A stretch of 64,000 nucleotides of DNA from Methanobacteriota archaeon (GCA_026394495.1 JAPKYE010000012.1:83-64082), one strand, 5' to 3'; numbered from the stretch's first letter, positions 50,067 through 60,278 are shown. Notes: generated by a model not told the origin, from the sequence alone. Numbers and translations are program-made.

Positions 50067-50945
50067 TTAAATGAATTCATTCCAGTTTGAAATATCTCCT
50101 TTGTAAATTGCTTTCAGCTGTTCTAATGTAAGCGTGTCGACATAGGTGTTTTCAGGGTTCACGATAATTGCAATGCCGTCCTTTGCAATGATGTATTTTA
50201 CAAGGCCTAAGCTGCTTTCTGATGATTTGAGATCGCGCGATGACATGCCGATATCAACAGTGTCTTGTCCAACTGCGGTGATCCCGGCTCCTGATCCTGT
50301 GGAGCTGATTGTAATCGATACATCCGAATATATCTTTGAAAACGATTCTTTTGCTTTTTCAGCGATGGGAAACACTGTTGTTGACCCACCTATTTTTAGG
50401 GAACCGGTAACTGTTTTTCCCGAAGAATTATATGGCTGGCTGTCTACGAGAGGGACAAATCCTTCTTCTTCGACGATTGCTTGACCGTTGCTGCTTTGTA
50501 TATATTCGATGAATTCTTTTGCAGCTCCTGTCGCCTCTCCTTTTGTAAACATATAGAGATCTCTTGAGATGGGATATGTTCCTGCAAGAACATTTGCAAC
50601 AGTTGCTGAAATATTGTTAATTTTTAGTGCTTTTACGTCGGTATTGAGAAAGCCTAAGCCAACGTATCCGATGGCACCAGGTGTTTGTGATATTGTTTGA
50701 TAGATGCCGCCGTTTGAATTTTTCTCTTGTAGTGTCTCGCTAAAGTTTTCGCTGTTCATGACATGGCTGAAGAAAAACTCTCGTGTTCCGGATGTACTAT
50801 CTCTTCCTACAAGAACGATGGGTAGTCCTTCTGTTTTTTGTGTGCAACCACTAAATAATGATATGCAGATTACGCCGATGACGATGAGGCCTAATAACAG
50901 TTTTTTGAATTCTTTGTTTTTTGTTTCTTTGCTTATATTAATCAC
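50067..50945 (-). CDS. pstS: Phosphate-binding lipoprotein PstS, circularly permuted
   Basis: Lipobox-like FSGC; GRDSTSGTRE, PGAIGYVG, YPISRDLY come before GSTTVFP, GSGAG, DIGMSSR, DGIAIIVNP. Confidence 0.9.
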   Translation of the reverse strand: MINISKETKNKEFKKLLLGLIVIGVICISLFSGCTQKTEGLPIVLVGRDSTSGTREFFFSHVMNSENFSETLQEKNSNGGIYQTISQTPGAIGYVGLGFLNTDVKALKINNISATVANVLAGTYPISRDLYMFTKGEATGAAKEFIEYIQSSNGQAIVEEEGFVPLVDSQPYNSSGKTVTGSLKIGGSTTVFPIAEKAKESFSKIYSDVSITISSTGSGAGITAVGQDTVDIGMSSRDLKSSESSLGLVKYIIAKDGIAIIVNPENTYVDTLTLEQLKAIYKGDISNWNEFI

Positions 50946-50991
50946 CTGATATGGTGAAAATAAATATTAAATATATACTTTATCAACATAT

Positions 50992-51030
50992 ACTATATTG
51001 TTATATATTGCTAACATTTCTCAATATAGT
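50992..51030. promoter_or_regulatory. Inverted repeat in the divergent pstS / phoU-regulator intergenic region
   Basis: ACTATATTG (50992-51000) and CAATATAGT (51022-51030) are a perfect 9-bp inverted pair; TATATTG recurs at 51004-51010. Confidence 0.4.
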
Positions 51031-51082
51031 ACTATAGAAATACTTATATTTAAGATTCAATTACATCCCTTGGGAAAAAAAT

Positions 51083-52090
51083 ATGGACGTTCGACGTGTG
51101 CAAGTAACCGGTGGATCATCATATGTTCTTACATTACCTAAAGAATGGATCACCTCTATGAAAATCAAGAAAAACGACCCACTAAGTATATCCACGCAAT
51201 CTGATGGATCGTTACTTATCAGTTCAAAAATTGTTCAAGAATCTCAACAAAAAACAAAAGAAATCAATGTTGACCAGATTCATACACAGACGTATCTTCT
51301 AAGAAGATTAATCGGAGCATACATTGCAGGTGCAACCTCCATCAAAATAGTTTCCCGATCGAGAATTCCTTCTTCTGTTCGAATGACCATTCGGACATTC
51401 ACTCAGGCAAGCATTGGTCCCGAAGTTGTTGAAGAAACCGATACATGTATCGTACTAAAAGATTTACTCAATCCTTTGGAAATGCCGTTTGATAAAACCA
51501 TCAAACGCATGCATATCTTGGTGAAAGGAATGCATGAAGATGCAATGACTGCCCTTGAGACCGCAGACAAAGAACTTGCACACGATGTTGTTTTTCGAGA
51601 CAGTGACGTTGATCGTTTGAACTGGTTAATAGCCCGTCAGCATAATAGTATCCTACAAAATGTCAGTCTCGCAGTGAAAATGAACATCACCATGGAAGAA
51701 TCCTCCACATATTTTCTTATCAGCAGAATCATGGAACGGATCGGTGATCATGCGGTTCAAATTGCACAAAATATACTCCCGCTTATCGACGGAAAAGTAG
51801 ATAAAAAAATCATTCATCGTCTGCATGCAGCAAGTGCTCTTGCAGTAGTGATTTTGAATACAAGCATTAACTCGTTTTTCCGCGAAGATATTCAAGCATC
51901 AAACGAAAACATAGAGTCCGTTGAACGCTTGGAATCACTTTGCGAAGAAATCAACACGTTTGCGCTTCAGCAAAAAGGATCCATAGCACTCTCTATAGGA
52001 TATATCATTGAAAGCATACGACGCATAGGTGAATATGCAACCGACATCTCAGAAACAGTGATTAACCACGTAGTTGGAATACATACATAA
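51083..52090 (+). CDS. phoU: Archaeal phosphate uptake regulator (AbrB-like N-terminus + two PhoU repeats)
   Basis: RRVQVTGGSSYVLTLPKEW, DSDVDRL, ERIGDHA, RRIGEYATDISE. Confidence 0.92.
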   Translation: MDVRRVQVTGGSSYVLTLPKEWITSMKIKKNDPLSISTQSDGSLLISSKIVQESQQKTKEINVDQIHTQTYLLRRLIGAYIAGATSIKIVSRSRIPSSVRMTIRTFTQASIGPEVVEETDTCIVLKDLLNPLEMPFDKTIKRMHILVKGMHEDAMTALETADKELAHDVVFRDSDVDRLNWLIARQHNSILQNVSLAVKMNITMEESSTYFLISRIMERIGDHAVQIAQNILPLIDGKVDKKIIHRLHAASALAVVILNTSINSFFREDIQASNENIESVERLESLCEEINTFALQQKGSIALSIGYIIESIRRIGEYATDISETVINHVVGIHT

Positions 52091-52123
52091 TAAATAAAAA
52101 GAAAAGATTATTCATCGAACGAA

Positions 52124-52363
52124 TTATTTTTTCTTTGAGAACATCCGTTTGTCTTTGTTTTGTTCGTGAACAAGCCACAGAGCAATGGGGATACCCGTAC
52201 CTGAGCGGTGCATCACGCTTTGTGATAGTTCTTTTATTTCTTGTTCAGGTGTGTGATTGCTACATGGTTCACAGATGAACATTTTATCTTCAAACACCAG
52301 ACCTGATTTGTGTTCGTTCAGATCTATTATATGTTTACATTTTTCACAAGTTCTTTCCACCAT
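52124..52363 (-). CDS. Small Zn-finger-like protein
   Basis: CEKC...CEPC pairs in a 79-aa ORF. Confidence 0.6.
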   Translation of the reverse strand: MVERTCEKCKHIIDLNEHKSGLVFEDKMFICEPCSNHTPEQEIKELSQSVMHRSGTGIPIALWLVHEQNKDKRMFSKKK

Positions 52364-52449
52364 AAAAACCTCTTAACCCTCGTCCCACATACAATATATC
52401 TATCATGTATATATATAAAACTCTTTGGGTCACCATACAATGTTCACCT

Positions 52450-52803
52450 TCATCTGCCAAACTCATGGGGGGAATCAAACGAGCGCGTATTACGTTTAGC
52501 TAAATATTCCTGTAATCTCCTAATTTCTTCATCATATCGCTTCAGGATGTCTTCACCGAGTTGCGTTAGGTGAGAACCTCCTCCGTTTTTTCCGCCAGTA
52601 ACGGTTTCAACGATAGGACCTCCAACTGCATCGGACATCTCTTGGAGCTCAGACCATGCATGGCTATATGCCATCTTCATTGATTTAGCTACTTTTGTTA
52701 ACGAACCATATTCTTTAATCTTATGAAGTAATTCAGCACGACCTTGACCAATAATACATTGATCATTAATTTCAAACCAAAGTTTTGCTTTTACCTGAAA
52801 CAT
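52450..52803 (-). CDS. ModE-type winged-helix regulator (N-terminal domain only)
   Basis: IGQGRAELL, GSLTKVAKSMKMAYSHAW, GGKNGGGSHLT. Confidence 0.85.
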   Translation of the reverse strand: MFQVKAKLWFEINDQCIIGQGRAELLHKIKEYGSLTKVAKSMKMAYSHAWSELQEMSDAVGGPIVETVTGGKNGGGSHLTQLGEDILKRYDEEIRRLQEYLAKRNTRSFDSPHEFGR

Positions 52804-53025
52804 ACGTTCAAATAGAATAGGTATTTCATAAATCTACCTTTCAGACAAATCAGACGAGTAACAAATCAGTTAATGTAAAATTGTTGAATAATACCACAGA
52901 ACGTTTAGGTATTTTTTTCTTAGGGCGCTGCAAGTATTTTGAATCCATTTTTACTGTAGAAAGTTTTTTATAAAGACCGTTATTCTCCAACGAAAATAAC
53001 GAATTATTTTGGATGGCTTGGTCAT

Positions 53026-54507
53026 ATGAAAAAAGAATACACAATATACATCAACGGAAAATGGACACCCTCAACAAGCAACAAAACATTTAACACCACA
53101 AACCCTGCAACTAGAGAAATCCTTGCAACATTCCCCCAAGGAACCAAAGAAGATGTCCTTAAAGCAATAAACGCAGCAGAACAAGCTTTCCCAAAATGGA
53201 AAAAAACACCGGCACCAAAACGAGGAGAAATCATCCTCACCGCAGCTGCAATCATGCGGAAAAAAAAGGATGAACTGGGAGAAACCGTCACTAAAGAAAT
53301 GGGTAAAATCATCGCTGAAGGAAAAGGAGACGTACAAGAATCCATCGACTTCCTAGAATATATCGCGGGAGAAGGGCGCAGGCTCTTTGGAGAAACCACG
53401 CCATCTGAACTTGTCAATAAATTCTGTATGACAATACGACAGCCAATCGGAGTCGTTGGTTGTATCACACCCTGGAATTTTCCAACCGCTATCCCCTGCT
53501 GGAAAATAGGGGCAGCACTCATCGCTGGAGATACCATCATTTTCAAACCAGCGTCGATGACGCCATTGTGTGGCGCAAAACTCGTCGAGATCTTTGATGA
53601 AGCAGGACTTCCACCTGGAGTACTCAACTTTGTCACAGGACCTGCGAGCATCGTCGGCAACGAAATCGTGGAAAACCCAAGCGTCAAAGCAATCTCATTC
53701 ACAGGAGGAGTCTCTGCAGGAATCGATGTGTACAGCCGTGCGGCAAAACACCTGAAATCCGTCGAAGTGGAGCTTGGTGGGAAAAACCCGCAGATCATCA
53801 TGGATGATGCAAACATCGACCTTGCGATAGAAGGAGTTCTCTTTGGAGCATTTGGCAGTCAAGGACAACGATGCACCGCAACAAGCAGACTAATTGTTCA
53901 TGAAAACGTCTACAACGAAGTCATCTCTAAACTTGTGAAACGAACAACCGCATTGAAAATCGGCAACCCACTTGACCCTTCAGTGAATGTCGGCCCGGTC
54001 GCAAGCGAAGATCAACAAAAAACCGTGCTCTCCTATATCGACATCGGCGTCAAAGAAGGAGCAAAACTCCTCAGCGGAGGAAAAAAACTATTTGGTGGAA
54101 TCTACGATAAAGGGTTCTTTGTTCAACCAGCGATTTTCGAAGCGATACACGGTATGAGAATCACCAAAGAAGAAATCTTCGGACCAGTACTCAGCGTCAT
54201 GAAAGTAAAAAACTACGATGAAGCAATCAAGATCGCTAACGACGTCGAATTCGGACTCTCCTCATCGATCTACACAAAAGATGTGAACCTTGCATTCAGA
54301 GCTATTGATGATTTTGAATCCGGGATCACGTACATTAACGCTCCAACTATCGGTGCTGAGGTTCATCTTCCCTTCGGTGGAATAAAAAACACAGGGAACG
54401 GCGGACGAGAAGCAGGAACCAGTGCAATTGATGAATTCACAGAGATCAAAACTGTGTTCATCGACTACAGCAATACATTGCAAAAAGCACAAATCGTCGA
54501 AGAATAA
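53026..54507 (+). CDS. NAD(P)-dependent aldehyde dehydrogenase
   Basis: ITPWNFP, FKPAS, FTGG, ELGGKNP, QGQRCTA, EEIFGP, PFGG. Confidence 0.96.
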   Translation: MKKEYTIYINGKWTPSTSNKTFNTTNPATREILATFPQGTKEDVLKAINAAEQAFPKWKKTPAPKRGEIILTAAAIMRKKKDELGETVTKEMGKIIAEGKGDVQESIDFLEYIAGEGRRLFGETTPSELVNKFCMTIRQPIGVVGCITPWNFPTAIPCWKIGAALIAGDTIIFKPASMTPLCGAKLVEIFDEAGLPPGVLNFVTGPASIVGNEIVENPSVKAISFTGGVSAGIDVYSRAAKHLKSVEVELGGKNPQIIMDDANIDLAIEGVLFGAFGSQGQRCTATSRLIVHENVYNEVISKLVKRTTALKIGNPLDPSVNVGPVASEDQQKTVLSYIDIGVKEGAKLLSGGKKLFGGIYDKGFFVQPAIFEAIHGMRITKEEIFGPVLSVMKVKNYDEAIKIANDVEFGLSSSIYTKDVNLAFRAIDDFESGITYINAPTIGAEVHLPFGGIKNTGNGGREAGTSAIDEFTEIKTVFIDYSNTLQKAQIVEE

Positions 54508-54529
54508 TTTTTTTAAAAAATGCGGCAGA

Positions 54530-54557
54530 AATGCCAGCGTTTGTTGGGGCTGGCATT
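54530..54557. terminator. Hairpin downstream of the aldehyde dehydrogenase gene
   Basis: AATGCCAGC-N10-GCTGGCATT perfect 9-bp stem. Confidence 0.35.
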
Positions 54558-54716
54558 ATCCCCCGTTAGTATACGTCATATTATTACGGAGATTGATGTT
54601 TTTGTTTATATAGATACAAAAGGGGTAGCCGAAAGTATTCAAAAGCATTGTCTCAAAAGTTAATTTCTATAATTAATGGTTAATCTTATCATATCATAAA
54701 TGATTCTTAGTTTACG

Positions 54717-55481
54717 ATGAAGCTATTTTCATGGAATGTCAACGGGATTCGTGCCGCAGAAAAAAAAGGTTTGTTCACATGGTTTCAGAAACAATCACCT
54801 GATATCCTTTGTTTGCAAGAGGTCAAAGCAACCCCTGATCAGGTTCCTGCACATGTGCGAAACACACCTGGATACTACATTTATTGGAATCCAGCTGAAA
54901 GAAAAGGGTACAGCGGCGTTGCAACATTTTCCAAACAAAAGCCATCTCAAGTGAACAATGGATTCGGCATCAAAAAATTTGACTCAGAAGGACGAATTCT
55001 TATCACAGAATACCCTTGGTTCACCTTGTTTAACATCTATTTTCCAAATGGTAAAAAAGACCAGGAGCGACTTAGGTATAAACTTGATTTTTATGAAAAA
55101 TTTCTTTCGTATGCTGACACGTTGAAGGAATCTGGAAAACATATTGTTGTCTGCGGGGATTTTAACACTGCACATAAAGAAATTGATCTTTCGCGACCAA
55201 AAGAAAACGAAAAAATCTCAGGGTTTTTACCAGTGGAACGCGAGTGGATTGATACGTTTATTGACCATGGTTATGTGGATACGTTTCGGCATTTTCACAA
55301 AAACCCACATCAGTATTCATGGTGGGATCTTAAAACTGGTGCGCGTGCACGAAACGTCGGCTGGCGTATCGATTATTTTTTTGTCGACAAAAAATTTTTG
55401 TCTCATGTGCACAATGCATTTATTCTCCCTGATGTTGTTGGTTCTGATCATTGCCCGGTTGGCATCGAGATATCAGTATAA
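54717..55481 (+). CDS. xth: Exodeoxyribonuclease III / AP endonuclease
   Basis: [44 protein letters not shown]. Confidence 0.96.
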   Translation: MKLFSWNVNGIRAAEKKGLFTWFQKQSPDILCLQEVKATPDQVPAHVRNTPGYYIYWNPAERKGYSGVATFSKQKPSQVNNGFGIKKFDSEGRILITEYPWFTLFNIYFPNGKKDQERLRYKLDFYEKFLSYADTLKESGKHIVVCGDFNTAHKEIDLSRPKENEKISGFLPVEREWIDTFIDHGYVDTFRHFHKNPHQYSWWDLKTGARARNVGWRIDYFFVDKKFLSHVHNAFILPDVVGSDHCPVGIEISV

Positions 55482-55496
55482 TGAGAGGAGAATCAC

Positions 55497-57008
55497 ATGA
55501 AGGAATCACTTGATTTTATCTACAAAGAACAAAAAGAACTTGGAAAATTCGGAGGCATTGCTTCGCTTCTTGGCTGGGATCAGATGACCTATATGCCATC
55601 AGCAGGTGGGGAGGAACGATCCGATCAACTCTCGCTTATTTCACGCCTTGCACATGAGCGTGTCATCTCCGATGATTTTTACCATCACATCACCAGACTG
55701 AACGAACAACACACCTACGAGACACTTGGGAAAAAGGATCAGATGGTTGTAAAACGTTTACTTGATGATGTTGAAAAATCACGGAAAATACCTTCATCGT
55801 TTGTAGAAAAAATGTCAAAAACCACGACCCTTGCGTATATGGCATGGCAGGAGGCAAAAACACAAAACAAATACAAGCATTTTGCCCCGCATCTTGAGAA
55901 AGTAATCGGTCTTCAACGAGAATACTGCGATTACATGAGACTCCCAGGGCATCCCTATAACAGTCTTCTTGATGATTATGAAGAAGGCATGACTGTTGCA
56001 AAACTACAAACTGAGTTCTCGTTTTTAAAACCAAAACTTGTTGAACTCCTACAAAAAATCACTGCAAGCAAACGCTACGAAAAACAACAGGAGCTCAGCA
56101 TCAAAGCAGATAAAATAAAACAACAAGAGATAAGCATGTTTCTTTTCCAAAAATTAGGGCTTACTCATGATAAAACACGTCTTGATGAATCCGCGCATCC
56201 CTTTACCACAACCATCGGAGACGATGATGTTCGCATTACAACAAATTATAATCACGATAACCCCTTGTTCTCATTTTTTTCAACTGTTCATGAAGCAGGA
56301 CATGCGCTCTACGAGCTTGGTCTTCCTCAGAATGAATTAAAAGATACGGTGCTTTCCGATACACCATCACTTGGACTGCATGAATCCCAATCCAGGTTCT
56401 GGGAGAACATGATTGGCCGCAGCGAACCATTCTGGAGTTACTTTTACCCTGTTTTCAAAAAAACATATCCTGATGAATTACGACTCATGGATCCAATTAC
56501 ATGGTATCGGTTCATCAACCAAGTAAAACCTTCCCTCATCCGGGTTGAGGCTGATGAGCTCACCTATTGTCTGCATGTAATCCTTAGGTTCGAACTTGAG
56601 CTGCTCTTGATCGAAGGAAAAGTTACTGTTACTGAGCTTCCTTCAGTGTGGAATCAGAAAATGAATGAGTACCTTAGTGTGGTTCCTCAAACAGACCAAG
56701 AAGGAGTCCTTCAAGATATGCATTGGAGCGGTGGGGATTTCGGATATTTCCCCACCTATGCAATTGGGACGATCTACGCAGCACAACTCTATTATCAACT
56801 CACTAAAGAACACCCAAAGATCACAAACGAGATCGGATGGGGGGAGTTTTCAACGACGCTACAATGGCTTCGCACTCATATTCACTGTCACGGAAGAACA
56901 TTGACTGCAGATGAAATCATCAAAAACACCTGCGGGGAAGGATTAAATGCAAATGTATTCGTTACATATCTAAAAGATAAATACTACCAATTATATGACC
57001 TATCATGA
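55497..57008 (+). CDS. Carboxypeptidase Taq (peptidase M32)
   Basis: LGWDQ, HPF, HEAGHALYE, HESQSRFWEN, IRVEADE, LQDMHW, YFPTY. Confidence 0.95.
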   Translation: MKESLDFIYKEQKELGKFGGIASLLGWDQMTYMPSAGGEERSDQLSLISRLAHERVISDDFYHHITRLNEQHTYETLGKKDQMVVKRLLDDVEKSRKIPSSFVEKMSKTTTLAYMAWQEAKTQNKYKHFAPHLEKVIGLQREYCDYMRLPGHPYNSLLDDYEEGMTVAKLQTEFSFLKPKLVELLQKITASKRYEKQQELSIKADKIKQQEISMFLFQKLGLTHDKTRLDESAHPFTTTIGDDDVRITTNYNHDNPLFSFFSTVHEAGHALYELGLPQNELKDTVLSDTPSLGLHESQSRFWENMIGRSEPFWSYFYPVFKKTYPDELRLMDPITWYRFINQVKPSLIRVEADELTYCLHVILRFELELLLIEGKVTVTELPSVWNQKMNEYLSVVPQTDQEGVLQDMHWSGGDFGYFPTYAIGTIYAAQLYYQLTKEHPKITNEIGWGEFSTTLQWLRTHIHCHGRTLTADEIIKNTCGEGLNANVFVTYLKDKYYQLYDLS

Positions 57009-57017
57009 GGAGTAAAT

Positions 57018-57722
57018 ATGCCAGCAACATTAATAATGGTCCGGCATGGGCAATCGCAGTGGAACCTTGAAAACCGGTTCACCGGATGGGTAGATGTCCC
57101 CTTATCAAAAAAGGGTAGAGATGAAGCAACATCAGCAGGAAAGAAACTTTGTGATGTCCATTTTGATACTATCTATGTTTCCCATATGCTTCGTGCGATT
57201 CAAACACTTCACTATATTCTTCTTGAGTTACACGATCAGCGGATCCCGATTTTCCATCATGAAGAAAAACGAGTCCAAAACTGGGAGTATTACACGGGGG
57301 ATCACAGTAAAGAGCTTCCTGTGTATCAGTCGGTTGACCTTGCAGAGCGCCACTATGGAAAGCTTCAGGGGTTAAACAAACAAGAAACCATGGATAAATA
57401 CGGTAAAGACCAGGTTCATCTCTGGCGACGAAGCTACGATATCAATCCTCCGGATGGGGAAAGTCTGAAAAACACGCTGGAGCGGACGTTACCCTACTAT
57501 ACATCACATATTCTCCCTGAACTTAAACAAGGTAAAACCGTGCTTGTTGTTGCCCATGGAAACAGTCTTCGCTCCATTCTTATGCATGTGGAAAACGTCT
57601 CAGAAACTGTGATTCCTACGATGGAGATACCTACAGGGGTTCCTATTGTATATACCTTTGATGATTCCATGCGTTTAACAGATAAAAAACTTCTGTCTGA
57701 TGAGCTTATGACAAAGGCATAA
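57018..57722 (+). CDS. gpmA: 2,3-bisphosphoglycerate-dependent phosphoglycerate mutase
   Basis: VRHGQSQWNLENRFTGWVDV, ERHYGKLQG, WRRSY, GESL, AHGNSLR. Confidence 0.94.
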   Translation: MPATLIMVRHGQSQWNLENRFTGWVDVPLSKKGRDEATSAGKKLCDVHFDTIYVSHMLRAIQTLHYILLELHDQRIPIFHHEEKRVQNWEYYTGDHSKELPVYQSVDLAERHYGKLQGLNKQETMDKYGKDQVHLWRRSYDINPPDGESLKNTLERTLPYYTSHILPELKQGKTVLVVAHGNSLRSILMHVENVSETVIPTMEIPTGVPIVYTFDDSMRLTDKKLLSDELMTKA

Positions 57723-57798
57723 ACCTATATACTTCTTTTTTATTCACATCTTTTAATTAATATTGTTATTCATATAAAAAAATAATAGGATTGAAACC

Positions 57799-58863
57799 AT
57801 GGTTGATATGAATGTTCGTTGCCCTCGTTGCGGGGAAATCGTCTCCTTTTCTGGTATTCCTGGTGAACGCAGGGTGGTCTCATGTCCTTCGTGTGGTACT
57901 GATGCAAGACTTTCATTTCCTGGCGGAGAGATACAAACTAGTGAGAATACTATTGAGGTGTCTCATCTTCGAAAAGTGTACGATGATCTGATCGCTGTGG
58001 ATGATATCTCATTTAATGTGAAAAAAGGAGAAATATTTGCATTTCTTGGGCCGAACGGCGCAGGGAAAACAACAACTGTTGAAATCATCGAGTCTATCAG
58101 AAAACCAACTGCTGGATCTGTGAAACTCCTAGGTAAAGACATCAAAACCCAGTTTAATGCTGTAAAAGAGTACATTGGTATTCTTCCGCAGGAGTTTCAT
58201 TCGTTCGAACGACTCACTGTCAGAGAGACTCTAGTGTATTTCTCAAAACTCTACAAAAAACAAGCAAATATCGATGAGATCATTACCGCGATGGATCTTA
58301 CGGAATACACAAAAAAACTGTATCGTAATCTTTCTGGTGGACTGAAACAGCGTGTTGGAGTCGCGATATCACTAGTGAATGATCCTGATGTCGTTTTTCT
58401 TGATGAGCCGACGACTGGTCTAGACCCAAAGGCGCGTCGTGAGGTATGGATGGTGATCGCTAATCTTCGGAAACGAGGAAAAACCGTGTTTCTTACTACG
58501 CATTATATGGAAGAAGCAGAGTTTCTTGCTGATCATATCGCAATTATTCATAAGGGAAACATCATCGCAGAAGGATCTCTGGAGGAGTTAATTGATCAGT
58601 ATGGCACGGGCAGCACCATGCACATTAAAAAATGTAAAGATCCTATGGAGACAATTGATATTCTCAAAGAAAAAGGATACGATGTGCTGTCCACGGGAAA
58701 CGGAGATATCGCAGTGAAAATCCCTCATAAAGAACGCGTCTTAGAAGTTCTTTCTGATATGCGACATGCATGTATTGAATATGAAAATATAGATATCAGA
58801 CGATCCAATCTTGAAGAGGTGTTTTTGAATCTCACTGGTGCGAAACTCGCGGAGGAGAAATGA
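57799..58863 (+). CDS. ABC transporter ATP-binding protein with N-terminal Zn ribbon
   Basis: GPNGAGKTT, LSGGLKQR, FLDEPTTGLD, TTH; N-terminal CPRC-x17-CPSC. Confidence 0.92.
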   Translation: MVDMNVRCPRCGEIVSFSGIPGERRVVSCPSCGTDARLSFPGGEIQTSENTIEVSHLRKVYDDLIAVDDISFNVKKGEIFAFLGPNGAGKTTTVEIIESIRKPTAGSVKLLGKDIKTQFNAVKEYIGILPQEFHSFERLTVRETLVYFSKLYKKQANIDEIITAMDLTEYTKKLYRNLSGGLKQRVGVAISLVNDPDVVFLDEPTTGLDPKARREVWMVIANLRKRGKTVFLTTHYMEEAEFLADHIAIIHKGNIIAEGSLEELIDQYGTGSTMHIKKCKDPMETIDILKEKGYDVLSTGNGDIAVKIPHKERVLEVLSDMRHACIEYENIDIRRSNLEEVFLNLTGAKLAEEK

Positions 58864-59969
58864 ACCTAAGAATTATCGGTGTTGATTTTGTTGTAAGTTT
58901 CAAAGGATGGATCCGTAGCAAAGGAACCATTTTTTGGTCGATTTTCTTTCCGGTCCTGTTGATTTTGCTGTTCGGTGCAATCTTCTCTGGTTCAGATAGT
59001 CCTTCGTATACGCTTCAGATTCAGGATCTTGATGACTCTCAGAGCTCGCAGATGTATCTTGATATGTTAAAAAATATTTCTATTCTTAAGATAGAGATGA
59101 TTAACGCATCAGAGAACATCACTGATTACATCCAAAAAAATGATCTCAAAGGTGCTATGGTGATACCTAAGGGTTTTGGTGACACCATTGCTTTATCACA
59201 TATTGACAAAGACGCATCGGTGAATCTTTCGTTTTACTTTGATCCATCTGACCAGGGATCAACATCGGTTGTCCGAAGCATCATCGGCAGCAGTTTGCAA
59301 GAATTCAATTTAGCGCTATCTAAAGGGAGTCATACCATTGGTATGGACTCGGTGAGCACTATTACAAGTAACTTCAAGTATATTGATTTCTTCATCCCAG
59401 GTATGATCGGGTTTACAATCATGCAGCTCTGCATTTATGGGAGCATTGAACGTAACACAAAATATCGTAAAGATGGTATTCTGCGAAAGCTTCTCACCAC
59501 CCCGATCACAAGAACGGAATGGTTACTATCAAAAATGTTGTTTACGATGTTTCTTTCGCTGTTCTCTACACTCATCGCATGTCTTATCGGTATTCTTGTC
59601 TGGGGTGTGGTCATTCATGTTAATCTTTGGATGATTACGATTATTTTTGCTACAAGCTTCCTCTTCTCAGGGATCGGGATGATTATCGGACGGTTTGTTA
59701 AAGAAGAAGAAACCGCGGATACAGCAGCTGGTGCAATTAGTTTTCCAATGATGTTTCTGGCTGGGACTTTTTTCCCCCTGCAGCAGATGCCTATGTTTCT
59801 TCAGGAATTCGCAAAGGTTCTCCCACTTTACTACGTCAATGAAGGATTGCGAAATGCGATGATTAGTCTGGATTTTGATAAAGCAGCGTATAACGGAATA
59901 ATCGTCATCGTCTTTGCACTTGTGTTTTTCATTGCAGGTGTGCTGCTTACGAAATGGAAAGAAGATTAA
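58860..59969 (+). CDS. ABC-2 type permease
   Basis: FWSIFFP, extracellular loop, YIDFFIPG, FLAGTFFP, LPLYY. Confidence 0.9.
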   Translation: MNLRIIGVDFVVSFKGWIRSKGTIFWSIFFPVLLILLFGAIFSGSDSPSYTLQIQDLDDSQSSQMYLDMLKNISILKIEMINASENITDYIQKNDLKGAMVIPKGFGDTIALSHIDKDASVNLSFYFDPSDQGSTSVVRSIIGSSLQEFNLALSKGSHTIGMDSVSTITSNFKYIDFFIPGMIGFTIMQLCIYGSIERNTKYRKDGILRKLLTTPITRTEWLLSKMLFTMFLSLFSTLIACLIGILVWGVVIHVNLWMITIIFATSFLFSGIGMIIGRFVKEEETADTAAGAISFPMMFLAGTFFPLQQMPMFLQEFAKVLPLYYVNEGLRNAMISLDFDKAAYNGIIVIVFALVFFIAGVLLTKWKED

Positions 59970-60278
59970 TAAATAATTACGGTCAAGCCCGCTCACGTCT
60001 CATAGGGAGTTTCCATTAAAAATTCACTAATTTGATAAATTTTGGTAAATGTTGATGGAACCTACAACGTACACATGTTTGTTTGGTTTTATTGAAATGA
60101 AATTTGAAGTATTTCCATTAATAAAATAAAACGAAGTTATACTTTTATGGCAATTTGAAAGCCATTTGAAATGAAAAAAAGAAATATATGTAAAAAGTAA
60201 GTAACAAGCAGATGTAACCATATGTTTTTAAAGAAATAAATGTTTAAGAAAATATAATCTTGGGAGGTCGTGATTAAT

